The notes: generated from the letters alone by a model not told the origin. A stretch of 64,000 nucleotides of DNA from Octopus vulgaris (GCA_951406725.2 OX597817.1:39184001-39248000); one strand, 5' to 3'. Positions 14,111 to 27,114 are shown, counted from the stretch's first letter. A program made the numbers and translations.

Positions 14111-15099
14111 ATAGGGTGTTATTTGGCTGCTGTTTCTTGCAGGGTAGGTGACCATGTAGAGTTTATATACTCTTTGGTTGTGCATGTGTTTGTATGTATG
14201 TATGTATGTATGTGTGTGTGTGTGTGTGTAAATGGATTATATTATATTTACTGATATTTGTGTGTTATTGTCATTGGATGTGTATGTGTAGATTGTGGCT
14301 TATCTTTGACATCTCCTGTCCTTGGGTGACACATCACCCCTCCCTCCCACATCTATTGGTGGGGGTGGGGCGGGGTGCTTGCTGCCATCATTGTCCCAGA
14401 AAGTTGATTGATGGTGCTACTTAGATCTCTCACATCTGCTATTCTGCAATATCTTCATCATCATTGCCAGTACCACCACTACCACCAGCATTATCATCAT
14501 CATCATCTACAACAACCACCACCTATTTTCCTTTCATATATATTATTTACCTTGTGTCAGTCATTACACTATGGCCATGCTGGGGCATTGCCTGGAAGAG
14601 TATTTAGTTGAAGGAATTAGACTCAGTACTTTTTTAAGCCCGATGTTGACCCTATTAGTCTCTTTTATCAAACTGCTAAGTTACAATGATGCAAACATAC
14701 CAATACTAGTTGTCAAGCAGTTGTAGGGAACATCAGAAACACACACACACTTCTTTCAATCTCTGTCTACCAAATCCACCCACAAGGCTTTGATTGGCCT
14801 AAGGCTATGTCATACGTATTGATCGATGTAATATATCCTTCAGTTGTGACAAGTAGCATAATAAACAATTTCCTAGTGAAAACTAAAACTTATGTTCAGT
14901 ACATCAGATTGATTTTTTGTTTTTTTGGGCTCTTAATCATGCTTAATGGTAATTGAAAACAAAAACAAAACCTATTTAGAAGTGCCAGATACATTGTAGT
15001 TTAGCTGGTTACATTGACATGAAAATATTGCAGAAATATTTAATGAAATCTGAAATGTAAACTATCAAGATATATGAAAAGTTATCTTTGTTCTTTCAG

Positions 15100-15203
15100 A
15101 ATCTTCCAGTGACTCGAATTGTTGATGCTTTGATGGAACTGAAATCTTTACCAGAAATTGAAGATTTTCGATATTTTGATCCCAAGTTATTGCGAGGTGA
15201 TGG
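15100..15203 (+). CDS. SCFD1: SCFD1/Sly1 exon
   Basis: ttttcAG-type acceptor (ctttcAG), donor GTaagt; NLPVTRIVDALMELKSLPEIEDFRYFDPKLLRGD(G), with the LPVTRI and YFDPK motifs. Confidence 0.97.
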
Positions 15204-15584
15204 GTAAGTATTTCTATATTGTGCTTAGTCCACATCGCTCTATAAAGAGTGATAGGGCTGGTTTCTCTGGTGTATCCCTCCCTGGACAGGATGCTGGTTC
15301 ATTGTAATTGCAGGATTACTCATTTTTACCAGCTGAGTGGATTGGAGCAACATGAAATGAAATGTTTTGCTCAAGAATACATGTCTCCTGGTCCAGGAAT
15401 TGAAACTACAATCTTACTATCATGAGTACTTTATTATACTGAACCCAAAAGGTTGAAAAGCAAAGTTGACCGCAGCAGGATTAGAATTCAGAACATAAAG
15501 CGTTGGAAGAAATACCTCTAAGCATTTTGTCCAAAGCTTTAACAATTTTGCTAGTCCACAAAATAATGTCCTGTAATTGGTTAG

Positions 15585-15977
15585 GCATAGGAGTGGCTGT
15601 GTGGTAAGTAGCTTGCTTACCAACCACATGGTTCCTGGTTCAGTCCCACTGTATGGCACCTTGGGCAAGTGTCTTCTACTATAGCCTCGGGCCAATCAAA
15701 GCCTTGTGAGTGGATTTGGTAGATGGAAACTGAAAGAAACCTTTCGTGTATATGTATATATACATGTATGTGTGTGTATATGTTTGTGTGTCTGTGTCCC
15801 CCCAACATCGCTTGACAACCGATGCTGGTGAGTTTACGTCCCTGTAACTTAGTGGTTCGGCAAAATAGACCGATAGAATAAGTACTAGGCTTACAAAGAA
15901 TAAGTCCTGGGGTCGATTTGCTCGACTGAAGGCGGTGCTCAAGCATGACTGCAGTCAAATGACTGAAACAAGTAAAG
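15585..15977 (+). mobile_element. OR2-like SINE, full length, TSD (G/A)GTTAG
   Basis: Same family as 9800; the TSD is confirmed by an empty-site copy at 16615-16767. Confidence 0.88.
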
Positions 15978-16029
15978 AGTTAGTTTTTTGATGTTCAGTT
16001 GAAGATTTTTGTCTTCATTTAATGATTCA

Positions 16030-16600
16030 AGTTAGGGTATACTGGATTGGGTTTTCCATTGTTTTCTCTTGGTCCTGGTGGAAGGATTTAAAGTTTGCAA
16101 TGTAAGTTAGCAAATCTCTTGTTAGTTGGTTGTGTAGTATTTCCACTGTTATATTTGGATGGTTACTTTTCCTCAGGACCTCTACATTCTTTTAGTCCAG
16201 TAAGCAGATTTCCTTTCCAAGATGTTAAACACACAAAGAAGACATTTCTTTTTTGATAGGTCATCATTCTATCACTGGCAGTTTTCTTCTGTCGGTGTAA
16301 CTGAATCCAGCAATGCAAGGCTATGAACCTCTCTACAGTAGTGTCTCATTTCATCCTGTGGCACCTATTTGCAGTTAGTTGACCTGAGCCATTCGGTGTT
16401 ATGTGTCTCAGCTATAGGTACAAGCCAGTACCAGCAACACGTTCTTTTTCTTATCAACAAGCTTACAATGGTGAAATATACTGCTTTGTGGTTCCTGTTC
16501 ACATCAAGTGATCGGGCCATTGTGTGCTTCATTTTTATTTTGTCAGAGGCACAGTACAGTACAGTGATGGAATAAAATATTTGGATTCTTAAGTAAGCTG
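16030..16600 (-). pseudogene. Highly decayed RTE-LINE reverse transcriptase C-terminal remnant
   Basis: Minus-strand KNVEVLRKSNHPNITVEILHNQL resembles the RTE motif NxEVLRRA..PSI..I....QL; many stops. Confidence 0.45.
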
Positions 16601-16922
16601 CCATCTTTAACCAGATTAAATGAAGACAAAAATCTCAAACTAAACATCAACAAACTAACTAATTACAGGACATTATTTTGTGGACTAGCAGAATTGTTAA
16701 AGCTTTGGACAAAATGCTTAGTGGTATTTCTTCCGATTCTTTATGTTCTGAATTCTAATCCTGCTGCTGGGATGTAGTATTACTTACTGCCTTATGAAGT
16801 CTTGTCTGGTTAACATGCCAGCAAGGAAAATGTGGACATGAAAATGTTGGTGGTGGTGATCTGATGTATTTTGAGATATATTTAATAATTTCAACAAATA
16901 AACAAAACTATTTATTCATTAA

Positions 16923-17144
16923 CCCTTTCATTACCGTATTTCTGTTGAGATGCTTTGTGTTTCTTTCAATTAATTTTAAATATAACAAAGAATTTAGTAA
17001 AATAACTTAGTTATCATTAAGCTAGTGTTAGGAACATAAATTGTGACTAAGGTTTGGTAGAAGGTTTTAATTCAAAACTTATGAAAACAAGACATTTGTA
17101 CTACAGAGCCAGAGCCGGTTTCAGCCAGGTTGGTAATGAAAGGG
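16923..17144 (+). mobile_element. piggyBac-type MITE
   Basis: TTAA TSD on both sides; 13-bp TIR ccctttcattacc / ggtaatgaaaggg. Confidence 0.85.
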
Positions 17145-17751
17145 TTAAAGATATACTTCATTCAAGTGTCCGTTCTTTGTGAATGCCCCAATCTCATTTC
17201 TCGTGATATGCACCTATTTGCCACAGCCTAGGACTTTGTCACTTTACAGTTACTTCTATGTCAACAACTTGTCAAAGAATGAAGCAATTCAAATTTCACT
17301 TGACATTGAAGTCTATCTAGATTATTGTTACTACAAATGATGGATTGTACTGCATAAGTATCTTTGGCAGCTACAAGTTGGTTGTAAAAATGACCAGGCA
17401 AGTGGATTTTTATATCATGCCTAAATTTAACATCCTCAAGATGATGTTGGATTAAAAACACTGAATTATATTTTAGCTTTCATTGCTGTGTGGTATCTAA
17501 GAGATTGGAAAAAGCCATTTGGAAGGCCTCAATGATGATGGGAAGATGATTTAGTCATGCAATTTGGGTCAAGAAGGAAAAGAATGGTGCAATCAAGACA
17601 GAATTGGAAGTGCATTGTGACCAGCAGTGTATAACAGCATTTGCTATGATTGGTACTGTGAAACTGTGATAAAAGGCTTTTATCTCCAAATATAATTAAA
17701 ATAAGTGAAAAACTGGTAAAAGAAGATATAGCATGAAATTGTCATAAGAAT

Positions 17752-18040
17752 CATCATCATTGTTTAACATCCGCTTTCCATACTGGCATGGGTTGGACAA
17801 TTTGACTGAAGACTGGCAAGCCAGGAGGCTGCGCCAGACTCCAATCTGATCTGGCAAGGTTTCTTAGCTGGATGCCCTTCCTAATGCCAACCACTCTCAG
17901 AGTGTAGCAGGTGCTTTTTATGTGTTACCAGCATGAGGGCCATTCAGGCATTACTGGCATTGACCACACTTGAATGGTGCTTTTTATGTGCCACCGACAT
18001 GGAAGCCAGTCAAGTGGCACTGGCAATAACCCATGCTTGA
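17752..18040 (-). mobile_element. RTE-related non-autonomous element
   Basis: (CAT)n tail then tttaacatccgctttccatactggcatgggttggac...ggatgcccttcctaatgccaacc. Confidence 0.75.
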
Positions 18041-18829
18041 AAGGTGCTTGGTGCAGGTGTGGCTGTGTGGTTGAGAAGTGTGCTTCCCAGTCACATGGTT
18101 CTGTGTTCAGTCCTCCTGCATGACACCTTGGGCAGGTATCTTCTATAATAGCCATGGTCCGACAAACGTTTTGGGAGTGGATGTGGTAGCGAGGGGAATT
18201 GAAAGAGAAATCTGTTGTGTACACTCATACACGATATCACACAATGCTTCACTAAAACTACATTTTAATAAACACACACACATGGTATCACACGATGCTT
18301 CACCAAAACAACCTTTATGAGGTTGACTTTGCCTTGCAACACACCATAGTGATGAGCCAAAGAAGTTGCCCCTGTTGATCACTTAACCAGCTAGAAAGAG
18401 CATGAAAATAGCATGAAAATATCCTTCAAACCACATATCTATTATCTTCAAAACAAGCATATTCGATAATATAGTCTAAGGAACACTATTCCTAAAGGTC
18501 AGGATGGCTAAGGCTTGAATGTCTTTATATTACAGGTCTGTGTATTTGATTGGGCTGACTCGGAAGTAAATAACATGCAGATCGATGTATTAAAAATAAG
18601 TTAAATCTCTCTCTACTATCACAAAAAAATTATTTAATAATATAGTCTCAAATATGCTATAAAAAAGATGGGATGGTCACGTTTGAAACAGCTTTGATAT
18701 AAAAAAAAAAAATTACTTGTTGGAGACTGATCTGGGGTTATACATAATAGTTGAAATATATAACTGAAAAGTTTTATCTTTATGTTGTTTACTATAGGTA
18801 TTGAAATATTGTTTTTCTTAATATTGCAG

Positions 18830-18866
18830 TTCTGCTGTTGCCAGAAATAAATCTCCATTCCAAGAG
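18830..18866 (+). CDS. SCFD1: SCFD1/Sly1 short exon (37 nt)
   Basis: ttgcAG/GTaaga; (G)SAVARNKSPFQE; phases match both neighbours. Confidence 0.93.
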
Positions 18867-19017
18867 GTAAGATACATCTCTCTCTCTCTTTTATATTATA
18901 TCTATCTATATATATATATATATATATAAATTCAGTCATTGAAATTATCAAGTTGTCTGTCATTTTTCCACACTTTTTATATTCTGTTTTCAATAATATC
19001 TTTGTTCTTGTTCTCAG

Positions 19018-19083
19018 GCCTATGTTTTCATTGTTGGTGGAGGAAATTACATAGAGTACCAAAATCTGCAGGACTATGTCAAA
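19018..19083 (+). CDS. SCFD1: SCFD1/Sly1 exon
   Basis: ttctcAG/GTaagt; AYVFIVGGGNYIEYQNLQDYVK, the Sec1-family VFxVGGGNYxEY signature. Confidence 0.97.
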
Positions 19084-19529
19084 GTAAGTGGATATCTATT
19101 GTTACTTAGAAAGAAAACAAAAAAACAACTGTTCAAACTTTGTTTTATTTTGTTCCAGTTAATGACAGCTTTTTTTTTCATGGTAGCATGTTTTGAACAT
19201 GGATAAACAGACATTAGACAGCAAAAAAATTGAAGCATGATTTGTATGGTTGAATTCAATTCCTGTCACTAATACCTAGCTTGTTTTTCAAGTGAAGGAT
19301 TTTTTACCCTGGACAGGAAATGTTATCAAACATCACTGGTTGCAGTCCAGCCACAAATGTTGATGCCACTGCCTGTTGCCATAGCTCAGTGTAGTTTTGT
19401 AAAGATTCACATAGCTATACATACCATGGGGACACACATACTTATATGAACATGGGGATAAACAATCTCCACATTTAATCATTCCATCTTTGAACTTCTC
19501 TACATCAAGATCTGAAATGTAAGATCTCT

Positions 19530-19650
19530 TCCCTGAAGATGGAGGTTCATTTCATCCTATGTTAAATGCATCCATATGGTCACATTTTCTGATGTGCTAA
19601 ATCTACGAACATTACTATGGATCACCAAGCCTTCAGAAACAGCTGTTGGA
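19530..19650 (+). ncRNA. Candidate type I hammerhead ribozyme with long stem/loop II, intronic and sense to SCFD1
   Basis: tcc CTGAAGA tggaggtt...agccttca GAAA cagctg TT gga. Intact core boxes, 8-bp stem II with G-U pairs, palindromic stem III, but only a 3-bp stem I. Confidence 0.55.
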
Positions 19651-21215
19651 CTTGTAATACCTTTTATTCTATCCCATTAATTTTCTCTGTCATTTGTACT
19701 CTGTGCAAGTCGATCCTTTTTATATCTGTCATCATCATCATTTCATGTCCATGTTCCATGCTAGCATGGCTGTGATGGTACCACAAGAGCTAACCAGGTC
19801 ATAGTCTGCACTAGACTTCTGTGTCTGTTATGGCAGGGTTTTTACAGCTGGATGCCCTTCCTAACACCAACCACTCAGCAGAGTAGACTTAGTGCTTTTT
19901 ATGTGGCACAAGCACAGGTGAGATGTGTCTAATTTGCTTATCCCCATATTTGCTTCTGTACCTGCTCAACCTGATCCCTCTAATGTCTTTCTTTACCTTG
20001 TGGAATATCTTTTGTAAAGACATCAGAGTCTAAGTTTGAATCTTTTGATCACTTAGTGTATTCTATACAGAGAATATCTGGATCTCATCTGTGGACTATA
20101 TATATATACTTGTTATTTATTGTCTATTTTCCTTACTGGCATGGGTTGAATGGTCTGACCAGAACTGATGAGTCGCAGGACTGTATTGGTCACCAATATC
20201 AGCCTTTGTATGGTTTGTATGGCTTGATGCCTTTCCTAGTGTCAACCACTTTACAGTGTATACTGGGTGCTTGATTTTGTATCATTGGCATTAATGATGT
20301 TGCCAAGTAACTTACAAAGGAAAGGAAAAATCCCCCTCAACTGAGTTGGGTGGGTGGGTAATGTATTTGAAAGATGGAGAGGTGGCTTAAATACCAGGTA
20401 TTGAAAGGCTAAAGTATGATAGAGGGACAAGCACAGGTCTCTTGCTTAAAGGAAATACATGGCTACTCCACATTATATAAAAGTAGGAATAGATGGAAAG
20501 AAGGCAGAAATGGCAGTGACAAGTTGCCAGAATAAACACTTAAGGTACATATACACACAATAGGCTTTTTCAGTTTTGATCTACCAAATTCCTCTCACAT
20601 GGTATTGGTCAGTCTGGGTCTTTGGTTTCAGTCCTACAGTGTAGTATCTTTTATTAAAGTCACGTAGTTGAGAAGTCAACTTCTCCAACACACAGCCATG
20701 CCTGCAGCTATCAGCTAGAACTGGTGTTTATATTAACTTTTGAAAAGGATTTAATTATTTTCTTTTTCTCTTTATCACATTTAAGTTTTATGAATACATA
20801 GTCTTGTATTCTTTCTTCTAGTTTCATCCTTATAGCAGTGGACTTCATTTTTGTTTGTGTATTTTTATTTCTTTTTGTTTTTAACAGTAGTTAAACTGTA
20901 GTTTGTATTTATACTGTTTTCTAATGTGTGTTTGTTTTGCAGTTTTTATCTCTGCCAACTGTGTATTGTTCACTTTTTTTAAACATAAAGAAATTAGTTA
21001 TATTTCTCTGACTTGACATTATAATATAGTTTTTATTTATCTCTCTAGAACTAATTATTATTCTGTATTTAAGTATTACTCAAATGTTTTTCTTTCGTCT
21101 AGAATCTGTTTCGTTATTTGAGTTTCATTTTTGTCTGTTTAGTTTCCTTTTTAATGTTTATTCATCATCTTTGTTATAAATTTTATCTTAAGTAAATAGA
21201 ATGTAACTGAATTAA

Positions 21216-21425
21216 CCCTTTCGATACCAAACCAGTTCTGGCTCTGTAGTACAAATGTCTAGTTTTCATAAGTTCTGAATTAAAATCTTCCACCAAACCT
21301 TAGTCACAATTTATGTTTCTAACACTAGCTTAATGATAACTGTTATTTTACTCAATTCTTTGTTATATTTAAAATTAATTGAAAGAAACACAGAACATCT
21401 GAAAATGAATACTGTAACAAAACAG
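21216..21425 (-). mobile_element. piggyBac-type MITE, inverted copy of 16923-17144
   Basis: TTAA-ccctttcgatacc start; body is the reverse complement of the 16923 copy; ends cagTTAA. Confidence 0.82.
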
Positions 21426-22651
21426 TTAAAGATTAACTCTGTCTAAACTTATGTGTAATCTGAGTATCTTACATTTTCCCCTTTTTCTTGGAGCCCTAGA
21501 ACTCACAAGGCTGGTTACCCAGTTCCTGTTGTGTATAAATGACAAAAATCACAATATTCTCTCTGAATGGATGTCAGGGTTCAAGGGAAGGAGGCAAATC
21601 ACCTATATCGTTCTCCTCCCATAGTACTTGACTAGTACCTTTTGTTACCAATCCCAAAGGGATGTAAGGTAAGCTTGGCAGGATTTGAACTTAGAACATA
21701 AAGAGCTGGAAGAAATGCTACTAAGCATTTTATCCAACATGCTAATAATTCTGCCAGCTCGTCACCCTACATTTTATGGTACTACATAAGAATCTAATTG
21801 TTTATGATTCATTAGTGATGGAAGTAAAAGATCTCTAGCCAAGAGTGATTTAAAGGAAATGGTTATGGAGGGCATGAAGAAAAAAATGTAATGTGAAAAT
21901 GGATAACAAAATTTGTGTTTTAAGTTGATTTTCAAAATTATAGCTCTCCACGTGTATTCTTTTGGATGGGGGTCATTTTTAAAACAACAAATCAAAGGGT
22001 TTCATAGTTTATTTCAGTTTGAAGTGGGAAACCTAAAGATTTGTCCATGATAACACAGGTGCATTACTATTGTTGCTGTTTAGCTCCAGGACAGCCCTGA
22101 CTGAGTAGACCTCTGATCAAGGGCATTCTAGCCTTCACCATTTTGTATATCTCAGATGAAATGTGTGTGTCATTAATATTGGTGTAGTATGATGACCAAG
22201 TGGATAGGATATCACACTTTTCTGTTGGATCATGGTTTTTTTGATTCTGTTGTAGTCATAGGGAAGTGTTCTCTTCATACAATACACTCAACTCTACTTG
22301 CCAAGCAAAAAGAAATTATTAATATGATACAATGTCACCATTTATTACAATTTGCTAAATAACTTTCCTTAACTTTCTTCTTTAATTACTTAAGTGGAAA
22401 GTTACATGCTATCACTCACATAGTAGACACATTCAATCAGTCTTCACACTCACATAACCACCTTTACCTCTTTCACATACACATGCAGTCAATGAAACAC
22501 AAATAGTCATTCTTACTCTCTCATGTCTCACACACAGTATCTTGTCTACTTCTCACTACCGCTCTCTCAAACATGCAATCAAATATTCTGTTTGTTCATC
22601 TTCATTCATTTCTGTTTCACTCAATTTTTAATTTTAAACATTCTTTTGCAG

Positions 22652-22729
22652 TCAAAATCCAGTTCAATCCCTAAACGAATAGTGTATGGTTGCAGTGACA
22701 TAGTTAATGCTTCCCAGATGATAAAACAG
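22652..22729 (+). CDS. SCFD1: SCFD1/Sly1 exon
   Basis: ttttgcAG/GTaagt; SKSSSIPKRIVYGCSDIVNASQMIKQ, matching the family IxYGCS...NA..F/M.KQ motif. Confidence 0.95.
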
Positions 22730-24384
22730 GTAAGTAATAGCCAATACTTATTTCATCCCCTTCATGTCCACTTTTCTATGCTTGCATGGGTCAGATGGAA
22801 TTTGTTGAAGCAAATTTTTCTAGAGTTTGATGCCTTTCCTATTGCCAATCCTCACTTGTTTCCATATAATATAACATTCTCCCATAACCAGACATGCTTT
22901 CAGGGAAGATTTGAAACAAACAGCACCACTTGTGTGGCAGTGGACACTCATAACTATGATGTTATATCAACACAAGGAGACACACTTGCATTCACACATC
23001 CACACTCAACTCAAGTTTCATGCTACTGCAATCTTCAGGCATACATTCATGTTGTTTTTTTTAGCCTGAGATCAACTGTGATCAGACAGACATACAGTCA
23101 AAGATGTTGCAACTAAGACCCCCAACTACTTTTCTTTCTTTCAAGCATAGTGATTCTAGGCTACACTATCTGTGTCCTTTTTCATTTTTTATAAATGTGA
23201 TTCAAAGGAGACTTCACTACTATTTCTAACAAGTTGAATGACCAGGTAGAGGCTCTATCATTTGCTGTCTCCATGTACAAGGATTGGTTGTCATTCAGCT
23301 GAAGCTAGTATAATTTCAAATCCCCCTTCCAACCATCATTTTTCCCTTCTTTGCTTCTCACCCTTGCTCCAGTTCAACAACCTTGAAGCTGAGCTGCCTC
23401 AGTTTCCTTGTTAGGTGTTAATCTGTGTTGCATTTCTAAGGGATTGGCTTAGTAGACATGTTTCTATTTACATAGAGCCAGACAGAAAACTAGGTGCTAC
23501 ACCTACCACATGGTTGAGTGTTTGGTGTGAAAGAAAACAGTAACTCACTTTATACACATCTTTCTCTCCAGCCTCTGCAATATTAACAAATGTAAATGCA
23601 TTTGTTATGAAAAAAAAAATCAAAACTCAAAATCTGAAAATAAAAAAGAAAATTGAGTTTCATAAAATTGAAAATTAAATTATATTCTGTTTTGGCTGTT
23701 TATGATGTTGGTGGTTGAAATATGTTTAAAAAAAAAAGGAATCAAGAAAATAATTTGTATCCAATACAATTAAAAATACATTAGACATGTTAGATGTAAA
23801 CTTAGTTGTAAGAAAAAAAAAATTGGAGACCTTAGCATTTACTTTTTATTTATAGTTTTAAGTTTTATAAAAGTGGTATTCCTGAAGATTGGTAGTTTAG
23901 TATTCATATTAGGTCACTCCTTGTGAAATAAGTTCTCAACCACATGGTTTTGGGTTCAGTCTCACCGCGTGGCACCTTGGGCAAGTGTCTACTATAACTC
24001 TGGACCATTCAAAGCCTTGTGAGTGGATTTGGTAGATAGAAACTGAAAAAAAAAGGACCATCATATATTTGTCTTGACATTATGTGATGATAATGAGCAT
24101 CATCATTAAACAAGTGATGTTAATTATGTTACCTCTGTTTCAATTAATTTTCTAAATTAGAAAGAATTTAAATAAATTTGTCATTAAGTTCATGTTGGAA
24201 ATATAAACACAAAATTTTGATGGAAGATTTTAATTTAAATCACTTTGCATCAGAAAATTTTTATCTTAGAGCTAGGAATGGTCTCTGGCTGATTTATAAT
24301 CAAGTGTTAATATGAAATCACTATGAACTACTCTTCATTTTATGATGCAAAACTTCATTTTAAATTGCTAATATTTAAATTAAT

Positions 24385-24595
24385 ATAAGGTAGTGAACTG
24401 GCAAAAGTGTTAGCATGCTGGACAAAATGCTTAGTGGAATTTCCTCAACTCTTGTTCTGAGTTCAAATTTTGCAAGGTCAACTATACCTTTCATTCCTTT
24501 TAGGGTTGATAAAATAAGTACCAGTTGAGCACCAGGGTCAATGTAGTTGATTAGCCCTATCCCACCAAAAATTTCAGGCCTTGTGCCTAGAGTAA
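24385..24595 (+). mobile_element. Decayed tRNA-derived SINE (ggcggcgagctggcag family)
   Basis: gagttcaaatt box B and cctttcattccttttagggttgataaaataagtaccag central domain. Confidence 0.65.
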
Positions 24596-24793
24596 AATTC
24601 ATACCTTGTATCATAATTGTTTATAGAAATCTATCTTTTGTTATGTTTGACTAAATCCATCTATAAATGAAAACAGGGTTTATAATTTTATCAAATAAAA
24701 TTCTCGATTATTTTAGAAATTACTGAAACAAACTGAAATTTCATTAGAAATTATGATCATGAAAATGTTTTTTTTTCCTCTTCTGTTTTTCAG

Positions 24794-24820
24794 CTGACAG
24801 CTTTGGGAAACGAAATATGA
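24794..24820 (+). CDS. SCFD1: SCFD1/Sly1 last coding exon
   Basis: Long polypyrimidine tract then cAG; LTALGNEI-TGA, matching the family C-terminus L..LG. Confidence 0.88.
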   Translation: MTALGNEI

Positions 24821-25054
24821 AATTACTGGGGCTGTTAGGAAAAACCATATTTCTCAAGATTGGTTATTTTTGATACTCTATCAGCGTCAGGTTCAGTCCG
24901 AGCTCTCTGAATACTTCGTAAATCATCACTTGAAGAAAGAAACAAAATCCTTTTAAAACATATATATATACCTGCTTTCATTTTAAGCCGGTCTCACTTC
25001 AGGGCCAACCACCTTCGATTATTGGTCATCATAGGCTGTTACCCCATTTCTCCA

Positions 25055-25069
25055 AATAAACTTATTAAA
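25055..25069 (+). terminator. Probable SCFD1 polyadenylation signals (AATAAA, ATTAAA)
   Basis: AATAAA at 25055-25060 and ATTAAA at 25064-25069, about 235 nt after the stop, followed by T-rich sequence. Confidence 0.6.
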
Positions 25070-25333
25070 ATATTTGAATTTCCTTTTCCATTTGTCATTT
25101 TAAAACTTTAATTTATATCTCTCTGATCTTTTATCTCTTTCTTTCTTTCATTGTCTCCTGATTTTGTTTCCCTATCAAACAGGAAAAATTATGGCAAGTT
25201 TCAGTGAAAATCTTGGTTTACATGACTAAGTTGCATGGTTTCAGGAAACATCAGGTCTTGAGCAAAACCTGAAATCATTGGATATGTGTATTACACACAC
25301 ACACACACACACACACATACATACATACATTTT

Positions 25334-25647
25334 GTGCCGGTGGTATGTGAAAAACAACATTCGAGCGAGGGTGTTGCCAGTGCCACTGGACTGGCTCCTG
25401 TACAGGTGACATGTAAAAACACCATTTGAGTGTGGCCATTGCCAGTACCGCCTGACTGGCCCTTGTGTCGGTGGCATGTAAAAATACCCACTACACTCTC
25501 GGAGTGGTTGGCGTTAGGAAGGGCATCCAGCTGTAGAAACTCTGCCAGATCAGAGTGGAGCATGGTACAGCCATCTGGCTCACCAGTCCCCAGTCAAACC
25601 GTCCAACACATGCCAGCATGGAAAGCGGATGTTAAACGATGATGATG
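25334..25647 (+). mobile_element. RTE-related non-autonomous element with internal repeats of about 60 bp
   Basis: Three tgccggtggcacgtaaaaa-like units, ggttggcgttaggaagggcatccagctgtag, (GAT)n tail. Confidence 0.78.
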
Positions 25648-25709
25648 TATATAAAATTCTCAGTTGTCCATAAGTCAGATAAAAAACTCACTCAACATGA
25701 ATAAAAGAA

Positions 25710-26195
25710 CAGGTATTTAGGTTAAATTTGACGGTTTGCCTAAAAAAAATATCCCATCCAAAAATAAAAAGTATTTTTAGGAAATCAAAAAATATCAAAT
25801 AGATTATGACCGAGATAACAGTAGTGACTCTTGGCTTCCAGAACCTGGCTTGTGTATTCCTCACTGTGTCTCTAGGAAGATCTTTGAAGACTTCCTTGAT
25901 CTTGGCCACAAGCTTGGCCTTGGTGCTGCAGGCAGAGTGGTCGGTGTCTTTCTCAACCACACCCCATACTTTGTAATCCATGGGATTACAATCAGAGAAA
26001 TTAGGGGCCAGAAATTGGGGCTGGTGAAGTCAGAAATAATCTGACAATCGTTTCTGACTTTCTGGAAGTATGGCAAGGGACTGATTCCAGTTAGCGCACA
26101 TATGGTCTTACAACTGCAACCCTCTCCATCCAGGGTTTTACCACTGTCTCAAACAGCTTCACATAGGTGTCTGAATTGAGCCTAAAGTCTCTTCA
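25710..26195 (-). mobile_element. Tc1/mariner-superfamily (probably DD37D/maT-like) transposase 3' fragment with terminal region
   Basis: Minus-strand LNSDTYVKLFETVVKPW...PCHTS...FTSPNFWP..SDCNPMDYKVWGVVE, the WPxNSPDxNPxD motif with frameshifts; caggtatttaggttaaatttgacgg end. Confidence 0.85.
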
Positions 26196-26395
26196 TTAGC
26201 TGTTGGATGGATTCTGGTAGGCAGACACAGTCAGAACACCTGCTGTATCCCTTCCTGTTGATTGTGGCTTCATAGTCTCTGTTGCAGCTAATCCATGTCA
26301 CATCTTACAGTGTTCATAGAGCATTGAACAGCAGTACTGATGTCAGCATTTTGATTCTTGGTGTGAAACATCCTGATACAGGTAACTTTTCCAAA

Positions 26396-26770
26396 AAGTT
26401 GCTGTGTGGTAAGTAGCTTGCTTACCAACCTCATGGTCCTGGGTTCATTCCCACTGCGTGGCACCTTGGGCAAGTGTCTTCTACTATAGCCTCGAGCCGA
26501 CCTAAGCCTTGTGAGTGGATTTGGTAGACGGAAACTGAAAGAAGCCTGTCGTATATATATATATATGTATGTGTGTGTGTTTATGTGTTTGTCCTCCAAC
26601 ATTGCTTGACAACCGATGGTGTGTTTACATCCCTGTTACTTAGCAGTTCGGCAAAGGAGACCGATACAATAAGTACAAGGCTTACAAAGAATAAGTCCTG
26701 GGGTCGATGAGCTCAACTAAAGGTGCTCCAGCATGGCCACAGTCAGCTGACTGAAACAAGTAAAAGAGCA
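26396..26770 (+). mobile_element. OR2-like SINE
   Basis: Same family as 9800. Confidence 0.85.
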
Positions 26771-26927
26771 TACCTTCCGGTCCTCCATGTCAGCTAACTT
26801 TTTCTCAACTACAACTGTAATCTTTGTGCTCTCCTACACTGTTGACTGTTCACCAATACATCAAGATGTTCCTAAAACAGAAAAAAAGAGACATAAAAAA
26901 AAAAATCAACTTTAGCCAAACACCTTG

Positions 26928-27080
26928 TACGAAGAGGTGCTGAAAAGTTTCTAAAGGTAAAAAAAAAAATACAGGAGGATCAGTTAATTCCCCTTTCAGA
27001 TTCATGTACTTGTTACAGCAGCCCTTCAGTTTTTCTAAGGGCTGTAAAAGAACTCAGAAGGTTGGCCCTCCAACCAGGCC
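26928..27080. mobile_element. Mariner-like terminal fragment
   Basis: TA-cgaagaggtgctgaaaagtt resembles mariner TIR starts; no ORF. Confidence 0.45.
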
Positions 27081-27114
27081 TTGTATCATAATTGTTTATA
27101 GAAAAGGCAGACAT

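Noticed and set aside
17261-17461. Possible mariner C-terminal remnant (LIQHHLEDVKF)
   Set aside because: Similarity too weak to call without a search.
22523-23116. 197-aa ORF
   Set aside because: Only 22652-22729 is an exon; the rest is open intronic sequence.
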